A stretch of DNA of 64,000 nucleotides from Vicinamibacteria bacterium (GTDB lineage: Bacteria; Acidobacteriota; Vicinamibacteria; Marinacidobacterales; Marinacidobacteraceae). Both the position numbers and the translations under genes were made by a program. This document shows, piece after piece, positions 58,670-64,000 of this stretch; within the stretch, counting starts at the first letter, position 1; the number at the start of each line of letters is the position of its first letter. The stretch covers positions 2,016,001-2,080,000 of the forward strand of contig OY821641.1 of assembly GCA_963555995.3 (NCBI GenBank), in the 5' to 3' direction. The notes beneath the pieces were generated by a model. That model saw nothing but the letters and a program-made list of their open reading frames with translations. It did no database searches and was not told the origin of the DNA.

Positions 58670-59590
58670 GTGTCGGAGCCGCAGAGCGCACCGGGTCCCG
58701 GGACGGCGAGCCTCGGGCGCTGCGCGGTGGCGGGAGTCCTGGCCGGGCTCGCCAGCCTCGTCCCGGGGGTGAGCGGCGGGACGATGGTCCTCGCCGCCGG
58801 GGTGTACCCGGAACTGGTGGAGGCGGTCGCCGAACTCACCGCGGGACGCGTGCGGCGCGCCTCCGCGGCCCGCCTCGCGGTAACGGTCGGGGCGGCCCTC
58901 GTCGCCGTCTTCGGGGTCGCCGGGGCGGCCCGCGACGCCTTCATCGCCTGGCCGGTCCCCTGCTTCGCGCTCTTTCTCGGCCTCACCCTCGGAGGAGCCC
59001 CCCTCCTTTGGCGCCTGGCGTCCTCCCCGGGCCGGACGTTTGCTGCGGGAGCGGCGGCGGGAGCGCTCGCCGTGGTGCTCCCGATCCTGCTGGCGGGCGG
59101 AGCAGGCCCGGAAACGTCCGGACTCGCGGCGTCCGGGCCGGCCCTCTTCGGGGCCGGGGCGGTGGCGGCGTTCGCCATGGTGCTGCCCGGAATCAGCGGC
59201 AGCACGCTGCTGCTCCTGATGGGGATGTACCTGCCGTTCCTGAACGCGGCGGACCGGCTGGCCGACACCCTGCGGGCGCAGCCCTGGGACCCGGCGGCGG
59301 CGTTCGCCGCCGCCCTCGGCGTCCTTCCCTTCTTCCTCGGCATGGCGCTGGGCATCGCCGCCGCCGCCAGGCTCGTGCGATACTTCCTCGGCGCTCATCG
59401 GCGGGCGACCCTCGGCGTCCTCTTCGGGCTCCTGCTGGGCGCGACGGCGGGGCTCTGGCCCTTCCAGACCATGAACGGCGTCCCTTTCGCGCCGACCGGC
59501 GTCCAGATCGTCACCGCCGGGCTGGCCGTCGCCATCGGGTTCCTGTTCACGAATTTCCTCGGCAGCGGCCGCCGGCGAAACGACCGCTGA
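58670..59590 (+). CDS. DUF368 membrane protein
   Basis: VPGVSGGT and LPGISGS motifs. Confidence 0.85.
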   Translation: MSEPQSAPGPGTASLGRCAVAGVLAGLASLVPGVSGGTMVLAAGVYPELVEAVAELTAGRVRRASAARLAVTVGAALVAVFGVAGAARDAFIAWPVPCFALFLGLTLGGAPLLWRLASSPGRTFAAGAAAGALAVVLPILLAGGAGPETSGLAASGPALFGAGAVAAFAMVLPGISGSTLLLLMGMYLPFLNAADRLADTLRAQPWDPAAAFAAALGVLPFFLGMALGIAAAARLVRYFLGAHRRATLGVLFGLLLGATAGLWPFQTMNGVPFAPTGVQIVTAGLAVAIGFLFTNFLGSGRRRNDR

Positions 59591-59624
59591 ACCCCGCTCA
59601 CGCTTCCCAAAGGATCCGGACCCC

Positions 59625-61124
<1,500 letters not shown>

Positions 61125-61310
61125 CCCGTGGGAATAGTGCCCCGCGTTCGACCCACGCCAGCGAACGCCCGCCACACCACGGAACCTCTCAAACGCGGGG
61201 CACTCTCCCCACGGGTTGGCGGTGCGAATCGCTACGCGATTCACTCCGCCGTTTTTCGTGGGGAGGGGAAACCCCTCCCCACACCCCACCCCTGCGGCGC
61301 TACGCGCCGC
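61125..61310. repeat. structured repeat family C, copy 2
   Basis: Same four-hairpin layout as 26316-26500, directly after the ahcY TAG. Confidence 0.7.
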
Positions 61311-61344
61311 AAATGACTGCTCAAAGCTTCACGATCAGCTATTG

Positions 61345-62493
61345 ATGGACGACGGCACAGGACACGCGGAAGAGCGGCGAGGACCCCGTTCCGGGGACCC
61401 GCGGACGGCCGCCCTGGTCGTCCTCTCCGCGGCAGTCCTCCTCGGCGCCGCCTGCGGCGTCGTCTGGCTCCTCTACCGGTTCGTCGCCGCGTTCTCCCAC
61501 GTACTGCTCCCCCTCGCGGTGGGGGGGCTCGCGGCGCTGGTCTTCAAGCCTTGGTTCCACGCCTTCCGGTCGCGCTGCCGGCTGCCCGCCTGGGCGGCGC
61601 TCATCGCCGTCTACCTGTCCGTGGCGGTCGTCCTCACCGGTTTCGCGCTGGTCTTCGGACGCCTGCTCGCGACCCAGCTCGGCGACCTCGCCCAGCGGGC
61701 CCCGACGTTCCTGGAGAACGCCTACGCCTGGGTGGTCGCCGAGACCCCGGCCTTTGTGGACTTCTTCGAGAACCACCCGATGGGACAGCAGATCCGGGAC
61801 TTCGTCCTGAGCCAGCAGGCCACCCTCCTCCAGGGGCTCGCCCGGGTCGGGGAACAGGCGGTGGCGGCGAGCGCGGGCATCCTGCGCGGCGTCGGGACGC
61901 TGCTCTCGTGGGCGGTCCTGCCCCTCTACTTCGGGTTCTTCCTGCTCTGGGAGCCCCCGCCCACCGACCCCGCCCGGATGCTGCCGTTCCTGAAGCCGCG
62001 GACCCGCGACACGGTGGTCCGGCTCACCGGCGACTTCGTTTCGATCCTGATCGTCTTCTTCCGGGCCCAGCTCGTGGTGGCGTTCCTCCAGGGCCTGCTC
62101 GTCGCGATCGGGTTCACGGCGATCGGGCTCGACTACGGCTTCGTGATCGGCTTGGGACTGGGCATCCTGACCATCATCCCCTACCTGGGGACCGCCGTCG
62201 GGTTCGCCGTCGCGGTGCCGCTCGCCTGGGTCCAGCCGGACGGGGGCCTCACGCTCGCCGCGCTGGCCGCCGGGGTGCTCGTCGCGGTGCAGTTGATCGA
62301 GGGCTGGATCCTCACTCCCCGGATCATGGGCGACCAGACGGGGCTCCACTGGATGGCGATCATCGTCGCGCTCCTGTTCTGGGGAAGCGCGCTGGGCGGC
62401 CTCACCGGCACGCTGCTGGCGATCCCGCTGACCGCGTTCGCGGTATCGGCCTGGCGGCTCGTCCGGGAGCGCTACGTCGTCGAAGTCGTCTGA
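61345..62493 (+). CDS. AI-2E family transporter
   Basis: IIPYLG, QLIEGWILTPRIMG, LLAIPLTA. Confidence 0.88.
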   Translation: MDDGTGHAEERRGPRSGDPRTAALVVLSAAVLLGAACGVVWLLYRFVAAFSHVLLPLAVGGLAALVFKPWFHAFRSRCRLPAWAALIAVYLSVAVVLTGFALVFGRLLATQLGDLAQRAPTFLENAYAWVVAETPAFVDFFENHPMGQQIRDFVLSQQATLLQGLARVGEQAVAASAGILRGVGTLLSWAVLPLYFGFFLLWEPPPTDPARMLPFLKPRTRDTVVRLTGDFVSILIVFFRAQLVVAFLQGLLVAIGFTAIGLDYGFVIGLGLGILTIIPYLGTAVGFAVAVPLAWVQPDGGLTLAALAAGVLVAVQLIEGWILTPRIMGDQTGLHWMAIIVALLFWGSALGGLTGTLLAIPLTAFAVSAWRLVRERYVVEVV

Positions 62494-62520
62494 CGCCGGC
62501 CACCCGCCAACGGCCGAACG

Positions 62521-62684
62521 GCTTGGAACGCCGGCTTCAGCCGGCACAGCCCGCCGCAGGCGGGCGGCGGGACGGACCTCATCGTGGAGATGGGCTACCG
62601 CCCGGAACATCCGGCAACACGGCGATTCGCCGTTCCGCTGCGCTCCGCGCAGCGGGTGCCGGCTGAAGCCGGCGTTCCAAGCCG
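62521..62684. repeat. REPIN-like inverted REP pair
   Basis: GCTTGGAACGCCGGCTTCAGCCGGCAC ... GTGCCGGCTGAAGCCGGCGTTCCAAGC. Confidence 0.8.
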
Positions 62685-62689
62685 GTGCG

Positions 62690-64000
62690 CTACCCGAGCA
62701 CCTCTTCGAGGGCGCCGGCGACCGCGTCGGCGATCTGGGCGAGGTCGGCGGACGTCGAGCACACCGGGGGCGCGCAGACGAACACGTCGCCGCGGAGCCG
62801 GCTGAAGACCCCGCGCTCGTCGATCGCCTTCAGGAGGCGCGGCCCCACCTTCTCGGACGCCGGGAAGAGTTCTCGCGTCCCGCGGTCGGCCACCACCTCG
62901 ACGGCGGCCATCAGCCCCTTGCCGCGCACCTCGCCGACGTTCGGGTGGCCGCCGCAGGCCTGTTCGAGGTTGCGGATCAGCTCGGCCCCCTTCTCGCCTG
63001 CCATCTCGACAAGCCCCTCCTCGCGGATGATGCGGAGGTTCTCCAGCGCGACGGCGCAGGAGACCGGGTGGGCGCTGTAGGTGTAGGCGTGCATCCAGAT
63101 GGGATCGCCCTCGTCGAGGGTCGCCGCCACCCGGTCGGAAAGACCGATCCCGCCGAGCGGGATGTGCCCCGAGGTGATGGCCTTCGCGAACTGCATGATG
63201 TCGGGCTCGATCCCCCAGTGGTTGAGCCCGAACATCGTGCCCGTGCGGCCGAATCCGGTGATGACCTCATCCGACACGAGCAGGACGTCGTAGCGGTCGC
63301 AGATCTCGCGGATCCGGGGGAAGTAGTCGTCGGTGGGGACGATCACCCCGCCCGCGCCCTGGACCGGCTCGGCGATGAACATCGCGACGGTGTCGGGCCC
63401 CTCTTCGAGGATCGCCGTCTCCAGCTCGTCGGCGGCGGCCTCGCCCCGGGTCTTCCCCGGCGGCGGGTCGTAGAAGTAGGGGTACGGGGAGCTGATGTGC
63501 CGGAAACCCGGCATCCGGGGCTCGAACATGGGCCAGTAGACGCTCATTCCGGTGGCGCACATGGCCGCGAGGGTCACGCCGTGGTAGCCCCAGATGCGGG
63601 AGATGACCTTGGTCTTCTCCGGCTTGCCGCGGACCTTCCAGAAGTAGCGGGCGGTCTTGATGCTCGAGTCGGTGGACTCGCCCCCGCCCGAGGTCAGGAA
63701 GAACCGGTTGATGCTCGGGTAGGCCATCTCCGCCAGCGTCTCGGCGAGCTCGATGGCCTGCGCGTTGGAGCTCCCCGCGTATCCGGAGGCGTACGCGAGC
63801 TGCCGCATCTGGCGGGCCGCCGCCTCGGCAAGCTCCGTCCGTCCGTGCCCGATGAAGACGTTCCAGAGGCCGGAGAGGGCGTCCACGTAGTCACGGCCGT
63901 CGGCGTCGAAGAGCCGGGCGCCCTCACCGCGCACCCAGACGTGGCCGGCGGCGGTCGCCGCGCCCGAGTGGACCGGATGGATCAGGTGTTCGGCATCCCG
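62690..64000 (-). CDS. class III aminotransferase (5' end beyond window)
   Basis: SGLW, GYHG, EPVQGAGG, DEVITGFGRTG, AKAITSG. Confidence 0.9.
   Translation of the reverse strand, partial: RDAEHLIHPVHSGAATAAGHVWVRGEGARLFDADGRDYVDALSGLWNVFIGHGRTELAEAAARQMRQLAYASGYAGSSNAQAIELAETLAEMAYPSINRFFLTSGGGESTDSSIKTARYFWKVRGKPEKTKVISRIWGYHGVTLAAMCATGMSVYWPMFEPRMPGFRHISSPYPYFYDPPPGKTRGEAAADELETAILEEGPDTVAMFIAEPVQGAGGVIVPTDDYFPRIREICDRYDVLLVSDEVITGFGRTGTMFGLNHWGIEPDIMQFAKAITSGHIPLGGIGLSDRVAATLDEGDPIWMHAYTYSAHPVSCAVALENLRIIREEGLVEMAGEKGAELIRNLEQACGGHPNVGEVRGKGLMAAVEVVADRGTRELFPASEKVGPRLLKAIDERGVFSRLRGDVFVCAPPVCSTSADLAQIADAVAGALEEVLG

Noticed and set aside
59591-59624. SAH riboswitch upstream of ahcY
   Set aside because: Only about 34 bp of intergenic space and no recognisable motif.

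Overview
This is a high-GC bacterial chromosomal window. The gene set (many exported hydrolases, TolB-like proteins, VapBC pairs, DUF1640) resembles Acidobacteriota, possibly host-associated; that taxonomy is inference only. It carries housekeeping genes (PBP1A, lemA plus two TPM proteins, lon, a DnaJ/CbpA protein, tsaC, xerD, murJ, a 10-gene Mrp antiporter operon, rpsT, ahcY), exported peptidases and hydrolases, toxin-antitoxin modules and several IS remnants (IS256, IS3, IS21). The strongest signal is an intact IS110-family element (about 11149-13132) inserted precisely into a REP-like repeat. Its left end can be read directly as a bridge RNA: a target-binding loop (GGCGTTC / GCTTGGA) matches the REP target, and a donor-binding loop (AGAGAGTC / TATAGGA) matches the element's own circle junction. 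The inferred core is TC, and a TTGCAA-17-TAGGTT promoter forms only on circularisation. Intergenic DNA also holds about 25 REP/REPIN palindromes and two further families of 170-190 bp structured repeats, one with a sequence-divergent but structure-conserved stem.
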